A stretch of DNA of 32,000 nucleotides from Paenibacillus swuensis (lineage in GTDB: Bacteria > Bacillota > Bacilli > Paenibacillales > DY6). The stretch lies in the NCBI RefSeq assembly GCF_001644605.1, contig NZ_CP011388.1, positions 4,957,752 through 4,989,751 of the forward strand, read 5' to 3'. Shown piece by piece: positions 25,852 through 32,000 of the stretch. The translations under genes and the position numbers were made by a program. Within the stretch, counting starts at the first letter, position 1; every line of letters begins with the position of its first letter. Below the pieces are notes generated by a model. That model ran no database searches and was not told the DNA's origin. It worked only from the letters and a program-made list of their open reading frames with translations.

Positions 25852-27028
25852 ATGCGGCTACGCCTCCCTCAATTTCAAGTTTGGAAGAGGCAAGAGCCTG
25901 ACCGAGATCGGCGATAATATCATCCGCGTGCTCTATGCCCACCGAAAAGCGAAGAAGCCTGTCATCAACGCCTACCTGACGGCGAATTTCCTCGGGAATG
26001 GCCGCATGGGTTTGTACCGCGGGATAAGTCATCAGGGATTCGACCCCGCCAAGACTTTCCGCGAAAGCGATCAGCCGGATATGACGCAAGATCGGTTCAA
26101 CATAACGCGCATCCTTCACTTTAAAAGAAAGAATGCCTGTGTTTCCGGACGACTGCTTTCTTTGGATATCGTAATTCGGGTGATCCGGCAGCGCAGGATA
26201 GTATACATCGGAAATGGCTTCATGCGTAAGGAGATATTCCGCTACCTTCGTCGCGTTATATTCATGCCTTTCCATCCGGAGCGCCAGCGTCTTCATTCCT
26301 CTCATCAACAACCAGCTGTCTTGCGGTCCAAGTACGGCGCCAATGGAGTTATGCAACAGCGCCATCCGCTCGGACAAAGCTTCTCCTTTGGTCACAATTA
26401 GCCCAGCCAGAACGTCATTATGCCCGCCTAGATACTTGGTTGCGCTGTGAATGACAATATCCGCGCCTAACTCAATCGGTCTTTGCAAGAAAGGAGTCAG
26501 AAGCGTATTATCCACAATGGTCAAAATGCCGTGCTTCTTCGCCCAAGTCGCGACCTCGGCGATATCCGTAATCATCATAAGGGGATTCGTAGGCGTTTCG
26601 ATCAGAACGGCTTTGGTGTTTGCCGTACGGCTGGACTCCAGCGCATCAAGGTTATTCGTGTCCACATAAGTGGCCGTAACGCCGAAGCGCAGCATAATAT
26701 CCTCAAGCAAACGATAAGTGCCTCCGTACAGGTCTAATGAAACTATTAAATGATCCCCTTGGCTGAAATAAGCAAAAATCGTCTGTAACGCCGCCATTCC
26801 CGAAGAAGTCGCAAATCCCGCATCCCCCGACTCCAGTTCCGCGATGGCATCTTCCAGAATCGTACGGGTGGGACTCTTGGTCCGGGCATAATCAAATCCC
26901 GTACTCTCTCCTAATTTGGGATGACGGAAGGCTGTAGATTGGTAGATTGGGAAGCTGATCGCTCCCGTTACTGGCTCCGATATAGATCCGATTTGGGCCA
27001 AACGGCTTTCGATTTGTCTGGAAGTCAT
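25844..27028 (-). CDS. metI: Cystathionine gamma-synthase / O-acetylhomoserine thiolyase, MetI-like
   Basis: LAQIGS...VTGA.S.PIYQSTAFRH...GESTGFDYARTKSPTR...HSATKYLGGHND...CFAESLGGVES...LLRFSVGIEHA closely parallels my memory of B. subtilis MetI (YjcI). Confidence 0.8.
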   Translation of the reverse strand: MTSRQIESRLAQIGSISEPVTGAISFPIYQSTAFRHPKLGESTGFDYARTKSPTRTILEDAIAELESGDAGFATSSGMAALQTIFAYFSQGDHLIVSLDLYGGTYRLLEDIMLRFGVTATYVDTNNLDALESSRTANTKAVLIETPTNPLMMITDIAEVATWAKKHGILTIVDNTLLTPFLQRPIELGADIVIHSATKYLGGHNDVLAGLIVTKGEALSERMALLHNSIGAVLGPQDSWLLMRGMKTLALRMERHEYNATKVAEYLLTHEAISDVYYPALPDHPNYDIQRKQSSGNTGILSFKVKDARYVEPILRHIRLIAFAESLGGVESLMTYPAVQTHAAIPEEIRRQVGVDDRLLRFSVGIEHADDIIADLGQALASSKLEIEGGVAAYE

Positions 27029-27057
27029 GATTGGGTCCTCCTTAGAATTCGTATGGA

Positions 27058-27975
27058 TTAAATGCCTTCGCCTAATTCAAACGGGGTTTCCTGGTACACA
27101 TAATAGTTGAGCCAATTGGAAAATAACAGATTCGCATGCGCTCTCCATCGTGTAATGGGTTGCCTTGACGGATCGTCATTGGGGTAATAATTTTTGGGGA
27201 TGGCGATATCCATGCCCTTGGAAACATCGCGGTCATATTCCCATTTCAATGTGCATGGATCATACTCCGAATGTCCCGTAACGAAAATATGCTTGCCGTC
27301 CTTCGTGGCAACAAGATATACCCCCGCCTCCTCGGATTCAGAAAGAATTTCCAGCTCATCCACCTTCTCGATATCCTCCCTGCAAATGTCCGTATGGCGG
27401 GATTGCGGAACGTAAAACTCTTCATCGAATCCGCGCAACAGCTTAACATTCTGCTTTGATACCTGATGAGGGAACACGCCGAATACTTTATTGTCCAAAG
27501 TATACTTGGGGATGCCGAAATGATGGTACAGACCCGCTTGAGAGGCCCAACACACATGCATGGTCGACGTAACGTTGCGCTTGCTCCACTCGAAGATCTG
27601 GGTCAGTTCATCCCAGTAGTTCACATCTTCGAAGTCCATCAACTCCACAGGCGCGCCCGTGATAATCATACCGTCGAAGCGATCTTTCTTGATATCATCA
27701 AACGTCTTGTAGAATTGCTCCAAATGCAAGGCGGATGTATTTTTGGAGGTATGCGTCTTCGGTTTAAGCAACACACATTCGACCTGCAGCGGGGTATTCC
27801 CGATTAAACGCATAAACTGCGTTTCTGTCGTTTCCTTTGTGGGCATCAGATTCAGGATCACTATTTTTAACGGACGAATATCCTGTTGAAAAGCGAATGA
27901 TTCATCCATCACGAAAATATTTTCTTGACTTAACACTTCTTTAGCGGGTAAAGTATCCGGTATTTTGATCGGCAT
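27058..27975 (-). CDS. metA: Homoserine O-acyltransferase (MetA family)
   Basis: [11 protein letters not shown]...[17 protein letters not shown]...PLQV and the catalytic-region segment [10 protein letters not shown]...HVCWA are canonical MetA. The start is taken at the ATG at 27975. The ORF-track GTG at 27987 abuts the RBS. Confidence 0.9.
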   Translation of the reverse strand: MPIKIPDTLPAKEVLSQENIFVMDESFAFQQDIRPLKIVILNLMPTKETTETQFMRLIGNTPLQVECVLLKPKTHTSKNTSALHLEQFYKTFDDIKKDRFDGMIITGAPVELMDFEDVNYWDELTQIFEWSKRNVTSTMHVCWASQAGLYHHFGIPKYTLDNKVFGVFPHQVSKQNVKLLRGFDEEFYVPQSRHTDICREDIEKVDELEILSESEEAGVYLVATKDGKHIFVTGHSEYDPCTLKWEYDRDVSKGMDIAIPKNYYPNDDPSRQPITRWRAHANLLFSNWLNYYVYQETPFELGEGI

Positions 27976-28013
27976 TAGTGGTAGCACTCCTCATCTGTGT
28001 ATTTCATGTTTCG

Positions 28014-28200
28014 CCAAAAAACAACAAAAACCCTTCTCTACATAGAGAAAGGTTCACGAACGCAAAAAAAGGTTCACCTCTCTCATCTCTCAGAAATTTA
28101 CGTTTCCGCAAGAATTAGCACCGTGCGCTCCGGATCTTGGATCCAAACGTCGGTTGCCGGGTATCATCGGGCCAGTCCCTCCACCTACTCTTGATAAGAG
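28014..28200 (-). promoter_or_regulatory. SAM-I (S-box) riboswitch with terminator, controlling metA-metI-metC
   Basis: The minus strand reads CTCTTATCAAGAGTAGGTGGAGGGACTGGCCCGATGATACCCGGCAACC...GGTGCTAATTCTTGCGG...GAGAGATGAGAG, which is the canonical S-box core. It is followed by the terminator CCTTTCTCTA-tg-TAGAGAAGGG and TTTTTGTTGTTTTTT. Confidence 0.92.
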
Positions 28201-28247
28201 TTAAACGATATGAAATTATAACGCATCTGTCAGAAAATCCTTCTTTA

Positions 28248-28276
28248 AATGTATACGATAATGAATTTATCGTCAA
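28248..28276 (-). promoter_or_regulatory. Candidate sigma-A promoter for the S-box leader
   Basis: The minus strand reads TTGACG, a 17-nt spacer, then TACATT. An alternative perfect TATAAT at 28215-28220 lies closer to the aptamer but has no recognisable -35 element. Confidence 0.35.
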
Positions 28277-28402
28277 GCTGATAATTAGACAAGATGAAAT
28301 CATCTATAGACATTCTATCCACTTTTGCAAAGCCCTTGAAAACGTCACAAGGTCAGGCTTTTCGCCATACTTTAGGGTATATAAGAAGATCGCATTCTCT
28401 TC

Positions 28403-28431
28403 TTGAATCCTCTATGCTTGGAGTATATACT
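28403..28431 (+). promoter_or_regulatory. Candidate sigma-A promoter for the corA leader
   Basis: The sequence is TTGAAT, a 17-nt spacer, then TATACT. It predicts a 5' leader of about 250 nt. Confidence 0.5.
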
Positions 28432-28454
28432 AGACAAGTACTTGAAACCAAAGC

Positions 28455-28680
28455 AGATGACAAGGGGTGAAAGTTCGTATGGACGGAGACCGACCGAGAC
28501 CAAGTGTATTCACTGGGCAACAGAAGCATCAAGGAATGATAACTTATTCGTCGGCGATCCCGCGCGAACCGGCTGCTTACTTGACCATCAAGAGCTGCTT
28601 GATTTCGTAATGCCTTCGGCTGTTCCGTCCTTGGTGCTTTGAATGCCCTTCGGTTAGGGGTGCTTAAAGAGAGCAAAGGA
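28455..28680 (+). promoter_or_regulatory. Candidate M-box (ykoK-type Mg2+) riboswitch in the corA leader
   Basis: Patches resemble my memory of the B. subtilis mgtE M-box. GGGGTGAAAG..GTATGGA (28464-28483) resembles GGUGAGG..GUAUGGA. CACTGGGCAACAGAAGCATC (28511-28530) resembles AAUGGGUCAACAGAAAUCAUC. GGTGCTTAAAG (28659-28669) resembles GUGCUAAAG. No U-tract terminator lies ahead of the RBS. Confidence 0.4.
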
Positions 28681-28689
28681 GTGATGAAC

Positions 28690-29625
28690 ATGAAGGTACG
28701 TTTGGTTAATAACGGAGTGTTTACTCTGTTGGAAGAATTTACGATGCCGCTTACGCCGCCGGAAAGCGGATTTTATTGGATTGACGCGGATACGGAAGAC
28801 CTGGAAGAGCTGCAGCCCTTGTTCGGCCTGCATGAGTTAGCCGTTGAGGACTGTTTAACGGAAGAAGAACAACGTCCGAAGATCGAGCTTTACGATCATC
28901 AATATTTTATTGTAATTAACAGCATTCGTTATGATGATGAAGAGATTTTCTTGAGAGCCTTGAACATTTTTTTAGGCAGAAATTATATTATTACAGTTAC
29001 TAAACAGAAAATTAACGAAATCCGGGCGATTAAACCTGTTCTCTGGGAAGAGGAAGTGAACGCGCCGGACCGGTTCTTATATCATCTGGTGGATTTGGTT
29101 GTAGATAATTACTTCACGGTTGCCGATCGGATTGAAGCCAAGATCGAGAAGCTGGAAGAAGAAATTCTTCTGCACACGAAGAAATCTCACCTGAACGAAA
29201 TTATTTCGCTCCGAAGCGAAATTCTGTGGTTGAAGAAAGCGCTGGGACCGCAGAAGGACTTGATCTTTACGTTGAATAAGAAGGAATTGCGGCTTATTAA
29301 CGACCAGCTCCAGAAATATTTCAGCGACATCTATGAGAATACGATCAAAATTTCCGAGACGTTCGAAACCTTCCGCGACCTCATGGGGAACTTGCGGGAA
29401 GCCTATCAGATGTCTCTGGAGAATCGAACGAATGAAGTCATGCGTGTGTTCACCGCAATCACAACGATTTTCATGCCGCTCACGTTTGTGACCGGATTTT
29501 ACGGAATGAATTTCGATTACATTCCTTTATTACATTCCCCCATGGGGGCCGCTTTGGTTTCAATGGGCATGGCGTTGCTTGGCGGAGGCATGTTCTATTA
29601 CTTCCGCAAACGGGGTTGGCTGTAA
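28690..29625 (+). CDS. corA: CorA-family magnesium/cobalt transporter
   Basis: The C-terminal TM pair carries FYGMNFDYIP (the GMN motif), preceded by an acidic cytoplasmic funnel domain. The start is refined to the ATG at 28690 (MKVRLVNNG), which has an AAAGGAG RBS 8 nt upstream. The ORF-track start is 28639. Confidence 0.9.
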   Translation: MKVRLVNNGVFTLLEEFTMPLTPPESGFYWIDADTEDLEELQPLFGLHELAVEDCLTEEEQRPKIELYDHQYFIVINSIRYDDEEIFLRALNIFLGRNYIITVTKQKINEIRAIKPVLWEEEVNAPDRFLYHLVDLVVDNYFTVADRIEAKIEKLEEEILLHTKKSHLNEIISLRSEILWLKKALGPQKDLIFTLNKKELRLINDQLQKYFSDIYENTIKISETFETFRDLMGNLREAYQMSLENRTNEVMRVFTAITTIFMPLTFVTGFYGMNFDYIPLLHSPMGAALVSMGMALLGGGMFYYFRKRGWL

Positions 29626-29630
29626 GAAGA

Positions 29631-29666
29631 AACACGCTGTAGCATAAGCTGCAGCGTGTTTTTTAT
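29631..29666 (+). terminator. Rho-independent terminator of corA
   Basis: The sequence is AACACGCTG-t-AGC-ataa-GCT-g-CAGCGTGTT followed by TTTTAT. Confidence 0.85.
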
Positions 29667-29710
29667 AGGGGCATAGGATAAATCGAGGTATTATAAAGCG
29701 GAGAACTCCG

Positions 29711-29854
29711 TAACGCTTTCGAAGAGTTTGCTTTGCAAACTAAGTAACGCTTTCGAAGAGAGTTTGCTTCGCAAACTAAGTAACGCTTTCGAAGAGAGTT
29801 TGCTTCGCAAACTAAGTAACGCTTTCGAAGAGAGTTTGCTTTGCAAACTTTAAG
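29711..29854. repeat. Tandem direct repeat: 4 copies of a unit of about 36 bp, each containing a 7-3-7 hairpin
   Basis: The copies are at 29711-29744 (34 bp), 29745-29780 (36 bp), 29781-29816 (36 bp) and 29817-29854 (38 bp). The unit is TAACGCTTTCGAAGAGAGTTTGCTTCGCAAACTAAG, with the inverted repeat AGTTTGC-TTY-GCAAACT and a TTCGAA palindrome. The outer copies have TTT loops and the inner copies have TTC loops. Confidence 0.95.
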
Positions 29855-30851
29855 CCGCCGCAGTCTCCCTCCGAATCCGGATTCGCAACAGCCGCAGCCA
29901 TTCATAAATACGGTTCACATCCTTATCCTCCAGCTCTTGCGGTGTATAGATATGCTGGAGAACGGGCTTCAGATATCGGTGGCCTTCCTGAGCAAAGGCA
30001 AGAACAGCTTGCGTTAACTCTTGTTCAGGAACCGCAGCAAGTTCGTTATTCACAAGTCCATCCACGGGAATGCCTTCTTTGTCCAGCTCTTCAATCAGAG
30101 CAATCAGCTCTCGCCGGGGGACGGACAGTTGATCTTCCAACGCATCCAGCGTTTCGCCGCGTTGTATACCTTCCAACAGTTTGCGCTTTTCCACCTTCTT
30201 ATCGAAGTCATTCTTCAGCTTCAGCTCATGCTGTTTATGAAACCATCCGTTAAACGCTTCGGAATCCACGCCCTCTTCCACCCAGTTCAGCGGGAAATCC
30301 CCGTTGCGTTCGTGTTTAACGGTAATCGCAACGATGCCTTCGGCATAAGCTCCCGTCTTCGCGGCTCCGAAACCCGGCAACTGTTGCAACTCCTCCTTGT
30401 ACCAAGGTACAAAGGCGGCAAGCAGTTTAAGCGCCCGATTCGAAGCGATTAAGTAGGGGGCTTTCCCTTCCTTGCCCGCTTGAACCCTTCTCCATTCGCG
30501 CAACTCGTCGTACAGAGCTTCATTCGAATGCTGCTCACTGTAGTAGTACAGAATCTGTGCCATCCGGCTCTTGCCCTGACCGTTCACCGAGGGTACTCCT
30601 TGCATCCCACCGTCGATCACAGGGATAAATCCTAAACTCATCTTCTCCGCCAACCGATAACGGAACGCGCTAATCATCTCATCCCAATGCGCTCCTTCAT
30701 ACCACACGTCCTGCTGCAGCGTTCCTGTTGCATCCGGTTCATTCCAATAAATGTTCCAGATCCCCTGATTCTCACAAATCGATACCTGAGCCGTAATCGT
30801 GCTGTCCATCCCTGTCTTACGTTCCAAGCTGTTCAAAAAGACCAAATGCAT
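29850..30851 (-). CDS. HRDC domain plus helicase-associated HTH (HTH_40-like) protein without a helicase core
   Basis: The HRDC-like segment is ALYDELREWRRVQAGKEGKAPYLIASNRALKLLAAFVPWYKEELQQLPGFGAAKTGAYAEGIV. The C-terminal HTH_40-like segment is LEGIQRGETLDALEDQLSVPRRELIALIEEL...RYLKPVLQHI. The start is refined to the ATG at 30851 (MHLVFL), which has a GGAGGTG RBS 6 nt upstream. The ORF-track extension to 30944 reads through a hairpin. Confidence 0.7.
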   Translation of the reverse strand: MHLVFLNSLERKTGMDSTITAQVSICENQGIWNIYWNEPDATGTLQQDVWYEGAHWDEMISAFRYRLAEKMSLGFIPVIDGGMQGVPSVNGQGKSRMAQILYYYSEQHSNEALYDELREWRRVQAGKEGKAPYLIASNRALKLLAAFVPWYKEELQQLPGFGAAKTGAYAEGIVAITVKHERNGDFPLNWVEEGVDSEAFNGWFHKQHELKLKNDFDKKVEKRKLLEGIQRGETLDALEDQLSVPRRELIALIEELDKEGIPVDGLVNNELAAVPEQELTQAVLAFAQEGHRYLKPVLQHIYTPQELEDKDVNRIYEWLRLLRIRIRRETAAA

Positions 30852-30879
30852 AAGCCACACCTCCGCAATATTGTTGAAT

Positions 30880-30925
30880 AAACACAAAAAAGCACCCCTC
30901 CTACGATATCGTAGAAAGAGGTGCT
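30880..30925 (-). terminator. Terminator-like hairpin in the 5' region of the HRDC gene, with no upstream minus-strand CDS
   Basis: The minus strand reads AGCACCTCTTTCTACGAT/ATCGTAGGAGGGGTGCT, a long imperfect hairpin with a perfect CTACGATATCGTAG core, followed by TTTTTTGTGTTT. It ends about 29 nt upstream of the start codon. Confidence 0.5.
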
Positions 30926-31009
30926 TCCTCTGTGGTTGATTCAATTAATGTTAAATTACCATATATTTGAACAGTTTGCAACAGGTTTCTCCAAAATATT
31001 TGAGAAGAC

Positions 31010-31038
31010 TTACACGTAGTTCCTCAATCCTGTATAAT
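31010..31038 (+). promoter_or_regulatory. Possible sigma-A promoter for the two small plus-strand genes
   Basis: The sequence is TTACAC, a 17-nt spacer, then TATAAT, about 42 nt upstream of the ATG at 31080. Confidence 0.3.
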
Positions 31039-31079
31039 GGTTTTCTGGATGCCTACTACGAACGGAGGATGAACAACGG

Positions 31080-31379
31080 ATGTCAGCGGAAGCTTTTGAC
31101 TTTTTGTCAGATACAACGGAAAGCACGTCTACACGCTTCGTATGCTTTATCGGAGAGGCTAGCCTGCAAAGGTTTGATCTCGCGATTACTTCAACGAACC
31201 GATTCTATGGAAAGAAGCTTGTGACGGATCTGCAGTCGGGACGCACAGCTATATTGGGACCTGATGATCTTGATGAAGAAGGGTACCTGGAATTTTTCTT
31301 TAAAATCCCGGAGGATGCCGCCGAAGAGTTACGCTCCTTCTTATATTTGGTCGTGGGTGCCGTAAACTTCACAGATTGA
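31080..31379 (+). CDS. Small conserved Firmicute protein, DUF3055/SAV0927-like
   Basis: This is a 99-aa acidic protein. The segments TRFVCFIGE...RFDLAITSTNRFYGKKLV.D.QS.R.AILGPDDLDEEGYLE..F....E.AEELR.FLY resemble my recollection of the DUF3055 family. This was not verified by a search. Confidence 0.5.
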   Translation: MSAEAFDFLSDTTESTSTRFVCFIGEASLQRFDLAITSTNRFYGKKLVTDLQSGRTAILGPDDLDEEGYLEFFFKIPEDAAEELRSFLYLVVGAVNFTD

Positions 31380-31458
31380 TTTCATTCCGCAACTCATAAT
31401 TCATCTCTTGCAGGGCACAATGGGAACACATCCGAAGTGAAGGAGGTGTTCTTTTTTT

Positions 31459-31743
31459 ATGACTGAAATCATGAACGAAGACCGCGAGGAATATACCGAT
31501 TTATCCACTGTGGAATCTCAACGCAACGACTTGGTGGCTGAAGAGTTTCCGGAAGGCCCCTATGGTTCGTCTATCCTATCGGATAAGCTGGGCAAGAGCG
31601 CACCCTACCGTAAAGATCAGCGGCCGCCGAATCGGTTTACGTACGAAAACCGCGAGTTGCATGAGGGAATCTCGCGTGACTATCCCGGCAGTCATCCGAC
31701 ACATGATGAGAGCCGTAACGAAGATCCGGTTGAACGCGGTTAA
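31459..31743 (+). CDS. Hypothetical small acidic, Pro-rich protein
   Basis: The 94-aa ORF has an AGGAGGTG RBS about 10 nt upstream. There is no terminator between it and the preceding gene, and a strong terminator follows it. I recognise no family. Confidence 0.5.
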   Translation: MTEIMNEDREEYTDLSTVESQRNDLVAEEFPEGPYGSSILSDKLGKSAPYRKDQRPPNRFTYENRELHEGISRDYPGSHPTHDESRNEDPVERG

Positions 31744-31756
31744 CTCCTTGGCAGAC

Positions 31757-31797
31757 AAAATCCCCGGCCCAACAGGCCGGGGATAATCTTTGTTTAT
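31757..31797. terminator. Bidirectional terminator between the small plus-strand gene and ilvD
   Basis: The sequence is ATCCCCGGCC-caaca-GGCCGGGGAT (31760-31784). It is flanked by AAAA on the left and a T-rich tract on the right. Confidence 0.8.
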
Positions 31798-32000
31798 TTA
31801 GATTTTCATAACGCCGCCCGTGCTGGCGGAAGTAACAAGCTTGGAATAACGGGCAAGATAACCCGTCTTAATCTTCGGTTCAAACCCTTTCCAGTTCGCT
31901 TGACGGCGCTCCATCTCTTCATAGCTGACTTGAAGCTCGATCGTGCGGTTGACCAGATCAAGCTCAATAATATCGCCGTCCTCCACGAACGCGATCGGAC
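31798..32000 (-). CDS. ilvD: Dihydroxy-acid dehydratase, C-terminal fragment. The 5' end lies beyond the window.
   Basis: The frame stays open to the window edge: ...[66 protein letters not shown]. This pattern is typical of the IlvD C-terminus. Confidence 0.8.
   Translation of the reverse strand, partial: PIAFVEDGDIIELDLVNRTIELQVSYEEMERRQANWKGFEPKIKTGYLARYSKLVTSASTGGVMKI

Noticed and set aside
2439-26737. Many antisense or out-of-frame ORFs inside long genes, for example 2943-3455, 5833-6378, 8205-8594, 10916-11314, 16172-16753, 18887-19372, 22182-22580 and 25832-26401
   Set aside because: Each lies wholly within a well-supported CDS on the opposite strand or in another frame. They lack RBSs and have the Arg/Ser/Cys-rich composition typical of shadow ORFs.
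27997-28406. ORFs 27997-28194 (+), 28115-28303 (-) and 28137-28406 (+)
   Set aside because: They lie on or antisense to the S-box riboswitch and its promoter region. They have no RBS and odd composition.
28353-28691. A 112-aa minus-strand ORF opposite the corA leader
   Set aside because: It is antisense to the structured corA 5' leader. It has no RBS and an Arg/Ser-rich junk-like sequence. The region is better explained as a leader RNA.
29711-29854. Possible mini-CRISPR array
   Set aside because: The copies are directly adjacent with no spacers. No cas genes or leader are present in the window. It is a tandem repeat, not a CRISPR.
29663-29905. An 80-aa minus-strand ORF with the repetitive peptide CEANSLRKRYLV x3
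   Set aside because: It is only the in-frame translation of the 36-bp tandem DNA repeat. It has no RBS and overlaps the 3' end of the HRDC gene in another frame. The period is divisible by 3, so the frame stays open by construction.
30852-30944. An N-terminal extension of the HRDC ORF (MNQPQRKHLFLRYRRRGAFLCLFNNIAEVWL)
   Set aside because: It translates the terminator-like hairpin. The strong GGAGGTG RBS serves the internal ATG at 30851.
30967-31224. An 85-aa plus-strand ORF overlapping the DUF3055-like gene in another frame
   Set aside because: It is Arg/Cys-rich and its internal ATG abuts the GGAGG with zero spacing. The 31080 frame gives a conserved-looking acidic protein.
1-32000. Mobile elements, prophage remnants, toxin-antitoxin or phage-defence islands
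   Set aside because: No transposase, integrase or recombinase-like ORFs were recognised. I also saw no terminal inverted repeats, tRNA-adjacent junctions or known defence-gene motifs. The window looks like core chromosome with one secondary-metabolite block.

Overview
The window reads as a chromosomal segment from an endospore-forming Bacillales genome, probably Paenibacillus-like. That inference rests on ytxC-thrS synteny, T-box and S-box leaders, a SASP-like gene with a forespore-type promoter, and a liaFSR-like module. About 30 genes are present and nearly all lie on the minus strand. In window order (right-to-left is the transcription direction for most):
- DAHP synthase (partial), a DUF2062 membrane protein and ispH.
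- An htrA-like protease followed by an OmpR-type response regulator and a histidine kinase.
- A YugN-like protein, then liaF-liaS-liaR-like genes.
- A methyl-accepting chemotaxis protein (MCP) with an unusual C-terminal Cache-like domain.
- A 53-aa SASP-like ORF that is missing from the ORF track, then a 3D-domain cell-wall protein.
- thrS with its T-box leader, then ytxC.
- An MqnC/MqnE-family radical SAM enzyme.
- A co-directional block: type III polyketide synthase, SAM methyltransferase, FAD oxidoreductase and MMPL transporter.
- A degenerate-GGDEF/EAL protein.
- An S-box (SAM-I) controlled metA-metI-metC operon.
- corA behind a long leader that is a candidate M-box.
- A 4-copy 36-bp tandem hairpin repeat.
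- An HRDC+HTH protein without a helicase core, two small plus-strand genes, and the 3' end of ilvD.

The best candidate for an undescribed system is the T3PKS-methyltransferase-flavoprotein-MMPL block. It resembles srsABC-type phenolic lipid/alkylquinone clusters, adds a dedicated exporter, and is possibly co-transcribed with the MqnC-like gene. I saw no transposases, integrases, CRISPR arrays, rRNA or tRNA genes, or recognisable phage-defence genes. All calls come from reading the sequence and remembered family motifs. No searches were run.
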